64,000 nt of DNA from an uncultured Verrucomicrobiae bacterium (GTDB taxonomy: Bacteria > Verrucomicrobiota > Verrucomicrobiia > Chthoniobacterales > UBA10450). The DNA lies in NCBI GenBank assembly GCA_963815455.1, contig CAWFGO010000002.1, positions 608,001 through 672,000 of the forward strand, written 5' to 3'. Positions 1 through 9,426 of the stretch are shown here, in pieces; the first letter of the stretch is position 1; every line of letters begins with the position of its first letter. Under the pieces are notes generated by a model. It saw only the letters and a list, made by a program, of their open reading frames with translations. It was not told where the DNA came from and ran no database searches. The position numbers were made by a program, and so were the translations under genes.

Positions 1-244
1 CGCCGCTTCCGCTCAAGCGTGGTTGCAATGGTGGGAACGAGTGAACCGCGTGCTCGTCCTGGACAAAGACGCACCCGAAGGGATCCCCGCGGAAATCTCG
101 AAACTGGTGGACGCGCGGATGCAGGCGAGGCTTGCAAAAGATTTTAAAAAAAGTGATGAATTGCGCGACGAATTGAGCGCGCGCGGCTGGACAGTGCGCG
201 ACACCAAGGACGGCCAGAAGATTACGCAGCGCGCCGGCGCTTGA
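1..244 (+). CDS. cysS: Cysteine--tRNA ligase, C-terminal part (runs off window start)
   Basis: ...EISKLVDARMQARLAKDFKKSDELRDELSARGWTVRDTKDG matches the CysRS C-terminal (R..AR..KDF..SD..RD.L...G) signature. Confidence 0.85.
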   Translation, partial: AASAQAWLQWWERVNRVLVLDKDAPEGIPAEISKLVDARMQARLAKDFKKSDELRDELSARGWTVRDTKDGQKITQRAGA

Positions 245-254
245 TTCGCACACC

Positions 255-938
255 ATGTTTGCGCCAGCTGAATTCCTCGATCTCGAACACACGGCCCATC
301 CGAAACTGTTCGAGGGCCAGACTTACGTTTGGGATGCCCTCAAACAAATTGCGAGCTATTTGCAATTTCGCCTGAAACCGGCCGTACATGGCGAGCTTTT
401 GGGAAAGCCGTTTGTTGGCAGCGGCGTATTTGTCGGCGAGGGAACGATTGTCGAGCAAGGCGCGGTCTTGAAAGGGCCGGCTTGGATCGGCGCACGATGC
501 CACATTCGCAGTGGCTGCTACGTGCGGGAGAATGTGATCGTGGGCGATGGCGCGGTAATGGGCAACTCGTGCGAATTCAAGAACTGCATTCTCTTCGACG
601 AAGCGCAGGTCCCGCACTTTAATTATGTGGGCGACTCTGTGATCGGTTATCGCGCGCACCTGGGCGCGGGCGTGATTCTCTCAAACGTGAAGCTGGACCA
701 TCGCGAAATCGCCGTGGCTGGACCCGAAGGCAATATCGCCACCGGGCTCAAGAAATTTGGCGCGATCGTGGGCGACCGGACCGAGATCGGCTGCAACGCC
801 GTGATCAACCCCGGCTCGGTCATCGGGCGCGATTGCATCATTTATCCCGGCGCGAATTTTCGCGGTGTGCTGGCGGCCTCGAGCGTGGTGAAGGTGCGGC
901 AGCAAATCCAGATCACCAGCCGTCGCGATATGGGATAG
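255..938 (+). CDS. Hexapeptide-repeat (left-handed beta-helix) acyltransferase, GlmU C-terminal-like
   Basis: Hexapeptide repeats, EFKNCILF..QVPHFNYVGDSVIG, GAIVGDRTEIGCNAVINPG; no N-terminal nucleotidyltransferase domain. Confidence 0.8.
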   Translation: MFAPAEFLDLEHTAHPKLFEGQTYVWDALKQIASYLQFRLKPAVHGELLGKPFVGSGVFVGEGTIVEQGAVLKGPAWIGARCHIRSGCYVRENVIVGDGAVMGNSCEFKNCILFDEAQVPHFNYVGDSVIGYRAHLGAGVILSNVKLDHREIAVAGPEGNIATGLKKFGAIVGDRTEIGCNAVINPGSVIGRDCIIYPGANFRGVLAASSVVKVRQQIQITSRRDMG

Positions 939-969
939 AGGTTCCGCACGCGTCCGATGTCGATCTTCA

Positions 970-1653
970 CTAGAAAAACGGATCGACGGATGGCGGTGGC
1001 TTTTTCTTGATCCAGCCGAGTTGATACAGCGCCCGGTCGAACCACGCCGTCTTGCCGGAGTCGAAGATTTTCTTGGCTGACCCAATCCATTTTTGAGCAT
1101 CGGATTTTTTCCCGTGGCCAAACGCCCAGGCGGCCTGCGCATAATAGTAAGCGGGCGTTTCAGTGGGAAAAAGAATCTCGGCATAAACCCGTTTGGCCAG
1201 GGCTTCCTCGTGCCCGCCCAAATAGGCAAGCAAAAGACCAAAGCGGGCGTAGTCCGGCCACATCGGGGATTTTACTTGTATCAGACGCTCGTATTCGTTG
1301 CCGGCTTCGGTGAATTTTTTCTGCGCAAGCAAGGCGTCGGCGTGATGAATTCTGGGAGCAAACGCATCGAACTTGAAGGCATGAGACCCATCGAATGCCT
1401 TTGCTGCCTCTTCGAATTTTCCCTGCTCGAGGTAAACACAACCCCGGAGATCGAGCGACTCCATCGACGGACGGGATGATTTCTCCAAGCGATCGAGGAC
1501 GGCGAGCGCGGCATCGAATTTTCCCTGCTGGAATTGCGCCTTCGCCACGCCTAGCTCGTTTGAGAGTCCGGAAAAGTCTTTCTCGGCAACCAATGGATCG
1601 CTGATCGCGAAAAGCAGCAGTGCGAAAAAAAAGCGCATGCCGGGGAGTCGCAT
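970..1653 (-). CDS. Exported tetratricopeptide-repeat protein
   Basis: Hydrophobic signal-like N-terminus; TPR-like LRGCVYLEQGKFEEAAKAF. Confidence 0.7.
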   Translation of the reverse strand: MRLPGMRFFFALLLFAISDPLVAEKDFSGLSNELGVAKAQFQQGKFDAALAVLDRLEKSSRPSMESLDLRGCVYLEQGKFEEAAKAFDGSHAFKFDAFAPRIHHADALLAQKKFTEAGNEYERLIQVKSPMWPDYARFGLLLAYLGGHEEALAKRVYAEILFPTETPAYYYAQAAWAFGHGKKSDAQKWIGSAKKIFDSGKTAWFDRALYQLGWIKKKPPPSVDPFF

Positions 1654-1723
1654 CAGTCGATCAAATCCGATTCGGCAGCATGGGGCAAGACCTAGTTCGT
1701 GGCCTCAGCGAGTTTCCTGGAAC

Positions 1724-1811
1724 TGGCGGATGGGAGGGGATTCGAACCCCTGGTGCCTTGCGGCACACACGCTTTCCAGGCGTGCACAATAGACCGCTCT
1801 GTCACCCATCC
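1724..1811 (-). tRNA. tRNA-Ser(GGA)
   Basis: Acceptor GGATGGG/CCCATCC+G+CCA, anticodon arm CACGC-CTGGAAA-GCGTG, long variable arm, GGTTCGAATCC T-arm. Confidence 0.95.
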
Positions 1812-1824
1812 GTTTCAATGCTGT

Positions 1825-1895
1825 TGTAGCGGCCGTCCGCGACCGTCGCGCTAATTGCAGGAAGAATAATGCGACGGTCAGAGACCGCCGCTACA
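1825..1895. repeat. GTAG-type REP doublet (intergenic)
   Basis: TGTAGCGGCCGTC...GACCGCCGCTACA inverted arms. Confidence 0.7.
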
Positions 1896-1906
1896 AAAAA
1901 AAGCAA

Positions 1907-2722
1907 CTAAAGCTGTAATCGCCGGAACAGTTCGTCCAGCGGCAATTGGATACCGATGAAAAATTCGCCAAAATCGGCGTACTCGGCGCTGACGGGGTCG
2001 AAACGCATTTCGTAGACGATGGCTTTGATCTGAAATGTATCGCGGGCAAACAGCGTCACCCCCCACTCCGCATCGTCCAGACCGGTCGAGCCCGTGATGA
2101 GCTGCTTTACTTTCCCGGCATACTGGCGCCCGACGCTGGCGTGTCCTTTCATCAACTTGCGGCGCTCATCGTAGGGAAGCGCGTACCAGTTGCGATGTTC
2201 CCCTCGGCGTTTGCTCATATTATAGAAGCAAACGATCGGCCAATCCGGCAGCGTGGGATAAACGCGGTCCTGCCGGTAATGCTTTATCCGGTCGTGAAAA
2301 GCCGCCAACGCCGCTTCCAGTTTGGCCGGATCACTTCTGGTCTCCTGGTCGAGTGTCTGCGTGTATTCCTCCTCTGTCGTGATGTATTCGCTCTCTTCGG
2401 TGAGCGAGAGATAACTGTAAACTGGCGTTAGAACATCGGAGCCCAGCGAAAGCGAAAGTCGCTTCTCGATCCTATTTGCGGTTTGCAGATCGGGCGTAAC
2501 GAGCATGAATCCAAGATCCGCTTTCGGGGTAACCACGCTGAGGGTGAGCAACTGGGTCGAATCCATTGCCCGCACTTCCTGCACGAGCGACGACAGATTG
2601 GTCTTGGCGGCATTTTGCTCCTCTCGGCTGAGCAATTGCCATTGGCTGTGCTCGATCCGGTAAAACAAATGCAAACAATGCCAGCCCGCTTCGGGGACGA
2701 GCGCGGTATTCTTATCGGTCAT
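1907..2722 (-). CDS. chdC: Coproheme decarboxylase / chlorite dismutase family heme protein
   Basis: FYNMSKRRGE..NWYALP..ERRKLMKGH, ITGSTGLDDAEWGVTLF, YEMRFD..SAEY..FG.F motifs of HemQ/ChdC. Confidence 0.8.
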   Translation of the reverse strand: MTDKNTALVPEAGWHCLHLFYRIEHSQWQLLSREEQNAAKTNLSSLVQEVRAMDSTQLLTLSVVTPKADLGFMLVTPDLQTANRIEKRLSLSLGSDVLTPVYSYLSLTEESEYITTEEEYTQTLDQETRSDPAKLEAALAAFHDRIKHYRQDRVYPTLPDWPIVCFYNMSKRRGEHRNWYALPYDERRKLMKGHASVGRQYAGKVKQLITGSTGLDDAEWGVTLFARDTFQIKAIVYEMRFDPVSAEYADFGEFFIGIQLPLDELFRRLQL

Positions 2723-2763
2723 CGCGCCATTTTAAACCACGAACACAGGATGTCGATACGCAG

Positions 2764-3543
2764 TCACTGCGCCGGCGTTGGCGCTTTCGGCAAATGGGCG
2801 ACGCAATACTCCTCGCCGTCACTGGCAACCCGGAAATCAAGATTCGGGTCGCTTACTTCGGTCGCGCCGCAAACGGCACATTTGTGCAGCGGCTCGGCAT
2901 CAGCGCGAGTATCCGCCTCGAACCGCTTGCGACGAGCCGAGACTTCGCTGCGATGCCTGGCTTGGTAAATGATTTCCGGTCCGAAGAAGAGCAGGTAATT
3001 GCCGAACGCAGCTACCATCGCCATTCGGTACGAATTCCCATTTGTCACAAATCCCAGAAGCAAAAATGCCGCCATGACCCAGGCCACCCATTTGATCTTG
3101 GCCGGCAAAATGAAAAAGATATAGATCACCTGGTCGGGATAAAACCGGGCAAAGGCGAAAAACAACGACGAAATCAGCATCGAGTTTGAGAACTTGGTGC
3201 CGAAGAAGAATGCCGCGACGGTGGTGCCGAGCATGCCGACGAGAAAATAAAGAGTGAGCCGGAACGGACCCCACGCTCGTTCGAGTCCCTCGCCGATCCA
3301 CCACAGAAACCAAAGAACCAGAATGACCCAAATGCCAGTTGTGTTGGGCAGAAAAATGTATGTCAGCAGCCGCCAGAATTCGCCGTGACGGATGCGGACC
3401 GGATCGAGATCGAGAAAGGAAGCGAACCCGGGGTTGAGGAAGACCAACGCGAAAACGAGGGCGGTAAAACCCACGAGGATCCGCGGTAATCCCGGGACGC
3501 CGAGAAAACCAATTCGTCGTTCGAGTTTGTCGAGAAAAGTCAT
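2764..3543 (-). CDS. Rhomboid-like membrane protein with C-terminal Cys/His (Zn-ribbon-like) tail
   Basis: Multiple TM helices, GEFWRLLTYIF, G..LE..WG; tail HKCAVCG...YCVAH. Confidence 0.6.
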   Translation of the reverse strand: MTFLDKLERRIGFLGVPGLPRILVGFTALVFALVFLNPGFASFLDLDPVRIRHGEFWRLLTYIFLPNTTGIWVILVLWFLWWIGEGLERAWGPFRLTLYFLVGMLGTTVAAFFFGTKFSNSMLISSLFFAFARFYPDQVIYIFFILPAKIKWVAWVMAAFLLLGFVTNGNSYRMAMVAAFGNYLLFFGPEIIYQARHRSEVSARRKRFEADTRADAEPLHKCAVCGATEVSDPNLDFRVASDGEEYCVAHLPKAPTPAQ

Positions 3544-3592
3544 TCGCTTGGGGAGCATTGCGCACTCCAATTGCGAAGTCTAGGCTTGGCGC

Positions 3593-4713
3593 GTGAGCGG
3601 CGGCGCAGAAAAACGGACACCACTTTACGACGAGCACGTGCGGCTCGGTGCGCGGATCGTGCCATTTGGCGGCTGGCTGATGCCGGTGCAATACACCAGC
3701 ATCGTCGAAGAACACCAGGCCGTGCGAAACAACCTCGGGATCTTCGACATCTCGCACATGGGGCAATTGATCGTCGATGGAAGCGGCGCCCGCAGCTGGC
3801 TCAACACCATGCTCACCAACAACATCGACAAACTCGATGTCGGCGCCGGCCAATACACGTTTTTGCTGAACGAGCGCGGCGGAATCATCGACGATCTGAT
3901 CGCTTACCGGATCGGCGAAAACAAATTTCTGCTCGTGGTCAACGCGTCTCGCACAGACGAAGATTTCGCCTGGTTGAAAAAGTGGCATCGGCTTCCAGCC
4001 GATGGTCTGGAACAACATCGGCAGGATGCCGATGCCACTACCCTCATCAACCGCAGCGCCGATTTCGGCGGCGTCGCGATTCAAGGACCGCGCGTAGTCG
4101 ATCTTTTCCCGGATTTGCCGCCGCGAAATCATATTGTCGATCTTGAGTGGCAACAGATACCGGTATCCATCGCCCGCACCGGCTATACCGGCGAAGACGG
4201 TGTAGAAGTTTTCTTCCGCGCCCAAGATGCCGCCAAATTTTGGAATCTAGTTTTGGAAAAAGGAAAAGAATTCGGGATCAAGCCGTGCGGCCTCGGCGCG
4301 CGCGACACCTTGCGCCTCGAAATGTGTTACCCGCTCAACGGCTCCGATTTGTCGCCGGAGCGAAATCCGATCGAAGCCGGGCTCGGTTTTTTTGTCGATC
4401 TTACGAAACCCAATTTCATCGGCCGCGATGTCTTGCTGCGAACCAAAGAAAACCGGGCCGCGCGAAAAGCTTGTGCCGTTTCGAATGAAAGAGAAAGGCG
4501 CGCCGCCGCGGCCGCACTACGGCGTTTTCCAAAATGGCGAACGCATTGGCGAAGTAACCAGCGGCACGCTTTCTCCGAGCTTGAACTGGGGCGTGGGCAT
4601 GGCGTATGTCTCGACGCCGCACGCGAAAATCGGCAATCGAGATCGACATCGAAATTCGCGGGCAGAAATTTCCCGCCACCATCGAGAAAAAACCGCTCTA
4701 CAAAAAATCATGA
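3593..4713 (+). CDS. gcvT: Glycine cleavage system aminomethyltransferase T (two apparent frameshifts near 4450 and 4640)
   Basis: RTPLYDEH, FDISHMG, ARTGYTGEDG, GLGARDTLRLE; C-terminal GEVTSGTLSPSL and EIRGQKFPA segments lie in other frames; TGA overlaps the gcvH ATG. Confidence 0.9.
3981..4039. repeat. GTGG-type REP doublet inside gcvT, in frame
   Basis: AGTGGCATCGGCTTCCAGCCGATG ... CATCGGCAGGATGCCGATGCCACT, 24-bp inverted arms with 2 mismatches. Confidence 0.8.
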
Positions 4714-5087
4714 ATGTTCCCGACGATTTGCTTTACACCGAGAGTCACGAATGGATTAAGCGCGAAGGCGACAACATCCGCATTGGCATTACCGATCATG
4801 CCCAGGCGGAATTGACCGATGTGGTCTACGTCGAGCTGCCGAAGAAGGATCGACAAGTGAACGCGAAAGAAGCAATCGCCGTGGTCGAATCAGTTAAAGC
4901 CGCGAGCGACATCTACGCGCCGGTGAAAGGAACCGTCGTCGATGCAAATAAAGCGCTCGAATCAAATCCAGCGCTCATCAACACCGATCCATTCGGCGAA
5001 GGCTGGATTTTCGTTCTCAAGATCGACAAACCGGACGATCTGAAACACTTAAAAGATGCGGCCGCGTACAAGAAGCAAATCGCGTAA
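4710..5087 (+). CDS. gcvH: Glycine cleavage system H protein
   Basis: MNVPDDLLYTESHEWI, GITDHAQ, lipoyl-Lys motif VESVKAASD. Confidence 0.95.
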   Translation: MNVPDDLLYTESHEWIKREGDNIRIGITDHAQAELTDVVYVELPKKDRQVNAKEAIAVVESVKAASDIYAPVKGTVVDANKALESNPALINTDPFGEGWIFVLKIDKPDDLKHLKDAAAYKKQIA

Positions 5088-5108
5088 TTCAAGCCATTAC
5101 GCCTGATT

Positions 5109-5158
5109 GGCAGGCGAGACGCCCGCCGGCCCGACAGGCAAGATTCCTGTGCTACAAC
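5109..5158. repeat. GTAG-type REP-like palindrome between converging genes
   Basis: Minus strand GTAGCACAGGAATCTTGCCTGT...GGCGGGCGTCTCGCCTGCC hairpins. Confidence 0.5.
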
Positions 5159-5162
5159 ATTA

Positions 5163-5549
5163 TCAATCTTTGCCGAAGAGGATGTTCTCGACGCCGCGGA
5201 GGACTTCTTCGATGCGCACGGGCGCGGCGAAGAAGCTGTAGCCGCTTAGGATTCCGCCGGAAACCATCTGGCTCTCGGGCTTGAGGCTGCTCAAACGGAC
5301 AACGGGCGTGTCTTTGAGAACGGCGTCGTTGTTGAACTGGCGCTCAAGGATCTGGCCGTCCGGGCTGGTGGGCAGAGTATCGAGCAAGATCAGATCGGGT
5401 TGGAAACCGCGGGCGGTTTGAACTGCCGAGCTGTCATCGTGCTCTTCCTGGATCAGATATTTTCCCGCTTTCTCCAGCGCCTGCCGAACCAGCCGGGTAA
5501 CTCCCGGTTCATGATCGATCAATAGAATTTTTTTTGGAAACTTCATCAT
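5163..5549 (-). CDS. Stand-alone response-regulator receiver domain protein (atypical)
   Basis: KILLIDHEP..PDLILLD receiver pattern; the conserved KP is replaced by AP. Confidence 0.7.
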   Translation of the reverse strand: MMKFPKKILLIDHEPGVTRLVRQALEKAGKYLIQEEHDDSSAVQTARGFQPDLILLDTLPTSPDGQILERQFNNDAVLKDTPVVRLSSLKPESQMVSGGILSGYSFFAAPVRIEEVLRGVENILFGKD

Positions 5550-5663
5550 AGGTTGATTCGTTCCCAATGAGAGCATCGGATGTGCCACCACTGGGGAGTT
5601 CCCAGCTGGTAAAGAAGTCGCGCTTTTCCCGGGAGCCGCGCTATGCTTAATTGCGAGTTCCCC

Positions 5664-5981
5664 ATGAGCAACAAGCCGAAGCCCGCCGGAACAGAGCCGA
5701 ACTTTGAAAAGGCGATGGATCGACTCGAGGCGATTGTCGAGCAAATGGAGGCGGGTAAATTGCCGCTCGAGGATCTGATTGTCCGTTACGAGGAAGGGAT
5801 GGGGCTGGTAAAAGTTTGCCAGGAACGGTTGGCCAGCGCCGAGCAAAAGATCGAGATCATCGCCCGCAGCAGCGCCGGAAAACCGGTAGTGAAAGATTTT
5901 GAACCGGCGACGGAGACAAACACGAACGATCAGCGAACCGAAAGAGAAGAAAAACAAAATGACGAAGTCAGACTCTTCTGA
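5664..5981 (+). CDS. xseB: Exodeoxyribonuclease VII small subunit
   Basis: FEKAMDRLEAIVEQMEAGKLPLEDLIVRYEEG...CQERLASAEQKI; upstream of dxs. Confidence 0.9.
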   Translation: MSNKPKPAGTEPNFEKAMDRLEAIVEQMEAGKLPLEDLIVRYEEGMGLVKVCQERLASAEQKIEIIARSSAGKPVVKDFEPATETNTNDQRTEREEKQNDEVRLF

Positions 5982-7893
5982 AACGACGACCACGGCAGCG
6001 CCGAAACCTTTGCTACCCGGAATTCATTCGCCTGCGGATATCAAGGCGTTAAGCGAAGAAGACCTGCCCCAACTTGCGCAGGAAGTGCGCGACGAATTGA
6101 TCAAGGTGCTTTCGCAAACGGGCGGGCATCTTGGGCCGAACCTAGGCGTGGTCGAGCTGACGATTGCGCTGCATCGCGTTTTCAACACGCCGCAGGACCG
6201 TTTTGTGATGGACGTGAGCCATCAAGGCTACGTGCACAAAATGCTCACAGGCCGACTGGATCGCATCTCAACGATGCGACAGTTCGGCGGTCTCAACGGT
6301 TTTCTCCTGCGCACAGAAAGCGAGCACGATTGCTACGGCGCCGGGCATGCCGGCACGGCGCTTTCCGCCGCCCTCGGGATGGCAGTGGGCCGGGATCTGC
6401 GGGGTGGGAACGAACACGTTGTGGTCGTGGCGGGTGACGCCGCGTTTACCTGCGGGATCAGTTACGAGGCGCTCAACAATGTGAAAGCGCAAACCAAGCG
6501 TTTCATTGTCGTGCTAAATGACAACGAATGGTCGATCGCGAAAAACGTCGGCGCGATCGCCAATTATCTGAACAGCATCGTGACAAATCCCACCTATGCG
6601 CATTTGCACGACAAGGCGCGCGACTTCGTTCAAGCGATTCTCGGGAGGACCGGCGTGCAGATCGCGCACAAAGTGGAGGAGAGCGTCAAAGGTCTGCTGG
6701 TGCCGAGCGTAATTTTTGAAGAACTTGGGCTGCGCTACTACGGCCCCATCGATGGTCACGATATTCCGCTGCTCACCCGCACGTTCGAATTCCTGAAAAC
6801 GCAGGACGAGCCGGTGTTGCTGCACATTTTGACCAAGAAAGGCAAAGGCTACGAGCCGGCCATCAAACAACCGGACAAGTTTCATGGGCTCGGCAAGTAC
6901 AAGATCGAGAGCGGCGAGACCGCGCCGACGCCGACGCCGACGTATTCGGAGATTATCGGCAAGACACTGGCGAAGTTTGCGGACACGAATCAAAAAATTG
7001 TCGCCATTACAGCAGCGATGCCGAGCGGCACCGGGCTTGGGCATTTCGCCAAGGCGCATCCGGCGCGGTATTTCGATGTTGGCATCGCCGAAGAACACGC
7101 GGCCCTGTTCGCCTGCGGATTGGCTACGCAAGGCTTGACGCCTTTCCTGGCGATCTACTCGACATTTTTCCAGCGCGCCTACGACATGGCGATTCACGAC
7201 ATGGCCATACAAAAATTGAATGTCCGGCTTTGCATGGACCGCGCCGGGTTGAGCGGCGACGACGGCCCGACCCACCACGGTCTGTTCGACATCGGTTATC
7301 TGCGTCACATCCCGAATTGGGTGCATATGCAGCCGAAAGACGAAGATGAATTCGCCGACATGCTTTGGACCATGGCCCACTACAACTCCGGGCCGATCGC
7401 GGTCCGCTATCCGCGCGGTCCCGGAACGGGCGCGCAAATCAAATCGGAGCCGAAGCTGCTCGAGATCGGCAAGGCCGAAGTGGTGCAGCACGGGCGCGAG
7501 GTGGCGATCTTCGGCCTGGGCAACATGTTTGAAGTAGCAGTGGAAGCCGCGCGCAAACTGGAGGAGAAAGGCGTCTCGGTCGCGTTAATCAATCCGCGCT
7601 GGATCAAACCGTTGGACACCGGCACGCTCGAATTTTTCGCGCGTAGCGTCGACATCGTCTGCACGATCGAAGATCACGTTTTGCACAATGGATTCGGCTG
7701 CGCGGTAATGGAGCATTTGCATTCTCAAATGATTAACACGCCGGTGGTGCGGATTGGTTGGCCAGATGAATTCATCGAACACGGCTCGGTTCCGATCCTG
7801 CGCAAGAAACACGGCATTACCGCCGACGCGCTGGTGGAAAAGGTGATGCCGCTGTTGAAGAAAAAAGCCGCGGCACGAACGACGGCGGCGTGA
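5959..7893 (+). CDS. dxs: 1-deoxy-D-xylulose-5-phosphate synthase
   Basis: GGHLGPNLGVVELT, DVSHQGYVHK, GDAAFT..LNDN, DVGIAEEHA, DRAGLSGDDGPTHHG. Confidence 0.97.
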   Translation: MTKSDSSETTTTAAPKPLLPGIHSPADIKALSEEDLPQLAQEVRDELIKVLSQTGGHLGPNLGVVELTIALHRVFNTPQDRFVMDVSHQGYVHKMLTGRLDRISTMRQFGGLNGFLLRTESEHDCYGAGHAGTALSAALGMAVGRDLRGGNEHVVVVAGDAAFTCGISYEALNNVKAQTKRFIVVLNDNEWSIAKNVGAIANYLNSIVTNPTYAHLHDKARDFVQAILGRTGVQIAHKVEESVKGLLVPSVIFEELGLRYYGPIDGHDIPLLTRTFEFLKTQDEPVLLHILTKKGKGYEPAIKQPDKFHGLGKYKIESGETAPTPTPTYSEIIGKTLAKFADTNQKIVAITAAMPSGTGLGHFAKAHPARYFDVGIAEEHAALFACGLATQGLTPFLAIYSTFFQRAYDMAIHDMAIQKLNVRLCMDRAGLSGDDGPTHHGLFDIGYLRHIPNWVHMQPKDEDEFADMLWTMAHYNSGPIAVRYPRGPGTGAQIKSEPKLLEIGKAEVVQHGREVAIFGLGNMFEVAVEAARKLEEKGVSVALINPRWIKPLDTGTLEFFARSVDIVCTIEDHVLHNGFGCAVMEHLHSQMINTPVVRIGWPDEFIEHGSVPILRKKHGITADALVEKVMPLLKKKAAARTTAA

Positions 7894-8025
7894 GTGAAGG
7901 ATATTGGCTCGATTTGCTCGTCGAGTCAGGAGCAGTAGGCGAGAAGAAACTCACGAATCGACGAAACCTCGCGATTGACCGCCATTTTTATATCAATTGC
8001 AAAGACCGTGCGATTACGTCTGTAG
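7890..8025 (+). pseudogene. Remnant (3' half) of a four-helix-bundle (Avd/IVP-like) gene
   Basis: YWLDLLVESGAVGEKKL then, after a frameshift, IDETSRLTAIFISIAKTVRLRL*; resembles the YWL.LL...E...L.AI C-terminal helices of the family. Confidence 0.55.
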
Positions 8026-8028
8026 CAT

Positions 8029-8061
8029 TTCGTCCTTCATCGCTCATCCTTCATTCTTTCC
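8029..8061. repeat. Degenerate heptamer tandem repeat
   Basis: TTCGTCC TTCATCG CTCATCC TTCATTC, ending 5 nt before the ATG at 8062. Confidence 0.7.
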
Positions 8062-9087
8062 ATGTCCGCCATCGAAGCTCGTGATCTAACGAAGATTTAC
8101 CGCACCTATCGCAAGGAGCGCGGCCTGTGGGGCTCGATCAAGGGATTGGGCAGGCGGCGCTACGATCAAACCCGCGCGGCAGACGCGGTGTCGTTCAAGA
8201 TTGAAGAGGGCGAGTTCGTCGGATTTCTCGGGCCGAACGGCGCGGGAAAAACAACCGTGCTCAAAATGCTTTCCGGATTGCTCAACCCGACCTCGGGCGA
8301 GGCGCGCGTGCTCGGCTTCGTTCCCTGGGAGCGCCGAAACGAAATGAAACGACAGTTCAGTCTGCTCATGGGTCAGAAAAATGCGCTCTGGTGGGATTTG
8401 CCCGCTCAGGAATCGCTCGAACTGAATCGCGTCATCTACGGAATCGATCGCGATCGTTTCAAAAAAGTGGTGGGCGGTCTGGCCGAACTTCTCGATGTGC
8501 GGGACAAAATGAATGTGATGGTGCGCGAGCTTTCGTTGGGGGAGCGAATGAAAATGGAATTGATATCGGCTCTCATTCACGAGCCGCGGATCCTTTTCCT
8601 GGACGAGCCGACGATTGGGCTCGACGTCGTGAGCCAAAAACGGGTGCGCGAATTTCTGCGCGTCTATAACGAAGAACGCCGGATCGTGACCCTGCTGACA
8701 AGCCATTACATGCAGGACATCGAAGAGCTTTGTCACCGTGTGCTGGTTATCGATCACGGCAAGATTTTCTTCGATGGACCGTTGGACGAGATCATCGACC
8801 GCTTTTCGCTGCACAAAATTCTTAGTCTCACCTTCGACAAACCGGTCACGCGTGATTTTTCGGGATTTGGAGAGGTGATCGAGCAGACTCCGGTTTCGGT
8901 GCAATTGAAGGTTCCGCGCGCCACGGTTACCGAAACATGCCGGCAACTTCTTGAGGCTTGCGACGTGAGCGACATCAACGTCCAGGAAGTCCCCGTCGAA
9001 GAAGTAATTCGCCAGTTGTTTGGAGAACGACAGGAGACCAATCGCGCCGCTGACCTGGCCGATTCAGCAACCGCCCACGCCGATTAA
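8062..9087 (+). CDS. ABC-2 type transporter ATP-binding protein
   Basis: Walker A GPNGAGKT, LSLGERMK signature, LFLDEPT, TSH. Confidence 0.9.
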   Translation: MSAIEARDLTKIYRTYRKERGLWGSIKGLGRRRYDQTRAADAVSFKIEEGEFVGFLGPNGAGKTTVLKMLSGLLNPTSGEARVLGFVPWERRNEMKRQFSLLMGQKNALWWDLPAQESLELNRVIYGIDRDRFKKVVGGLAELLDVRDKMNVMVRELSLGERMKMELISALIHEPRILFLDEPTIGLDVVSQKRVREFLRVYNEERRIVTLLTSHYMQDIEELCHRVLVIDHGKIFFDGPLDEIIDRFSLHKILSLTFDKPVTRDFSGFGEVIEQTPVSVQLKVPRATVTETCRQLLEACDVSDINVQEVPVEEVIRQLFGERQETNRAADLADSATAHAD

Positions 9088-9350
9088 CGCCGAAGAATGG
9101 CTTCCCGCAATTCGTGCACGTAGGCCGGGTTCACTTCGAACGCCGTGACCGGCACTTCAGCCAGGTCGATTTGCTCCTGGAAGGGAATGCATTGAACAAA
9201 GCCGGCGGCCATCAACGCGTTGAGGGTGTCGGCCATATCCTCGGGCTCGAGTCGTGCTAAATCCTGAACCTCCGTCCCAAGCATCGATTCGCCGAAGCCA
9301 ATCGCCCGCACAATACTCGCCTCACGGCCAGTCAGTTTGATCTGACGCAT
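9084..9350 (-). CDS. Small hypothetical protein (possible winged-helix)
   Basis: 88-aa ORF with protein-like composition; L...E..I..A.......DTLNALMAAGFV pattern. Confidence 0.6.
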   Translation of the reverse strand: MRQIKLTGREASIVRAIGFGESMLGTEVQDLARLEPEDMADTLNALMAAGFVQCIPFQEQIDLAEVPVTAFEVNPAYVHELREAILRR

Positions 9351-9426
9351 GCTCAATAAAAAGCAGCTTTTATACCGATATTTCCAACGGCCCGACTGAG
9401 ATTTGGCCGCGCCGGGATCGCGCTCA

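Noticed and set aside
1724..1811. tRNA-Ser as integration site of a genomic island
   Set aside because: No integrase and no duplicated tRNA 3' end seen; neighbours are ordinary genes
2900..4225. Long antisense ORFs (e.g. 2900-4225, 6514-7491, 16253-17344, 24672-25871, 47580-48557)
   Set aside because: Shadow frames of well-supported genes in GC-rich DNA with no recognisable motifs
4440..4650. Programmed ribosomal frameshifting in gcvT (and gcvP)
   Set aside because: Multiple scattered indels across many unrelated genes and no consistent slippery site; error is more parsimonious
4392..5087. GcvT-GcvH fusion ORF
   Set aside because: Artefact of gcvT frameshifts; gcvH has its own ATG overlapping the gcvT TGA
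6922..6943. GCCGAC tandem repeat in dxs
   Set aside because: In-frame hexamer encoding a PTPTPT interdomain linker; ordinary low complexity
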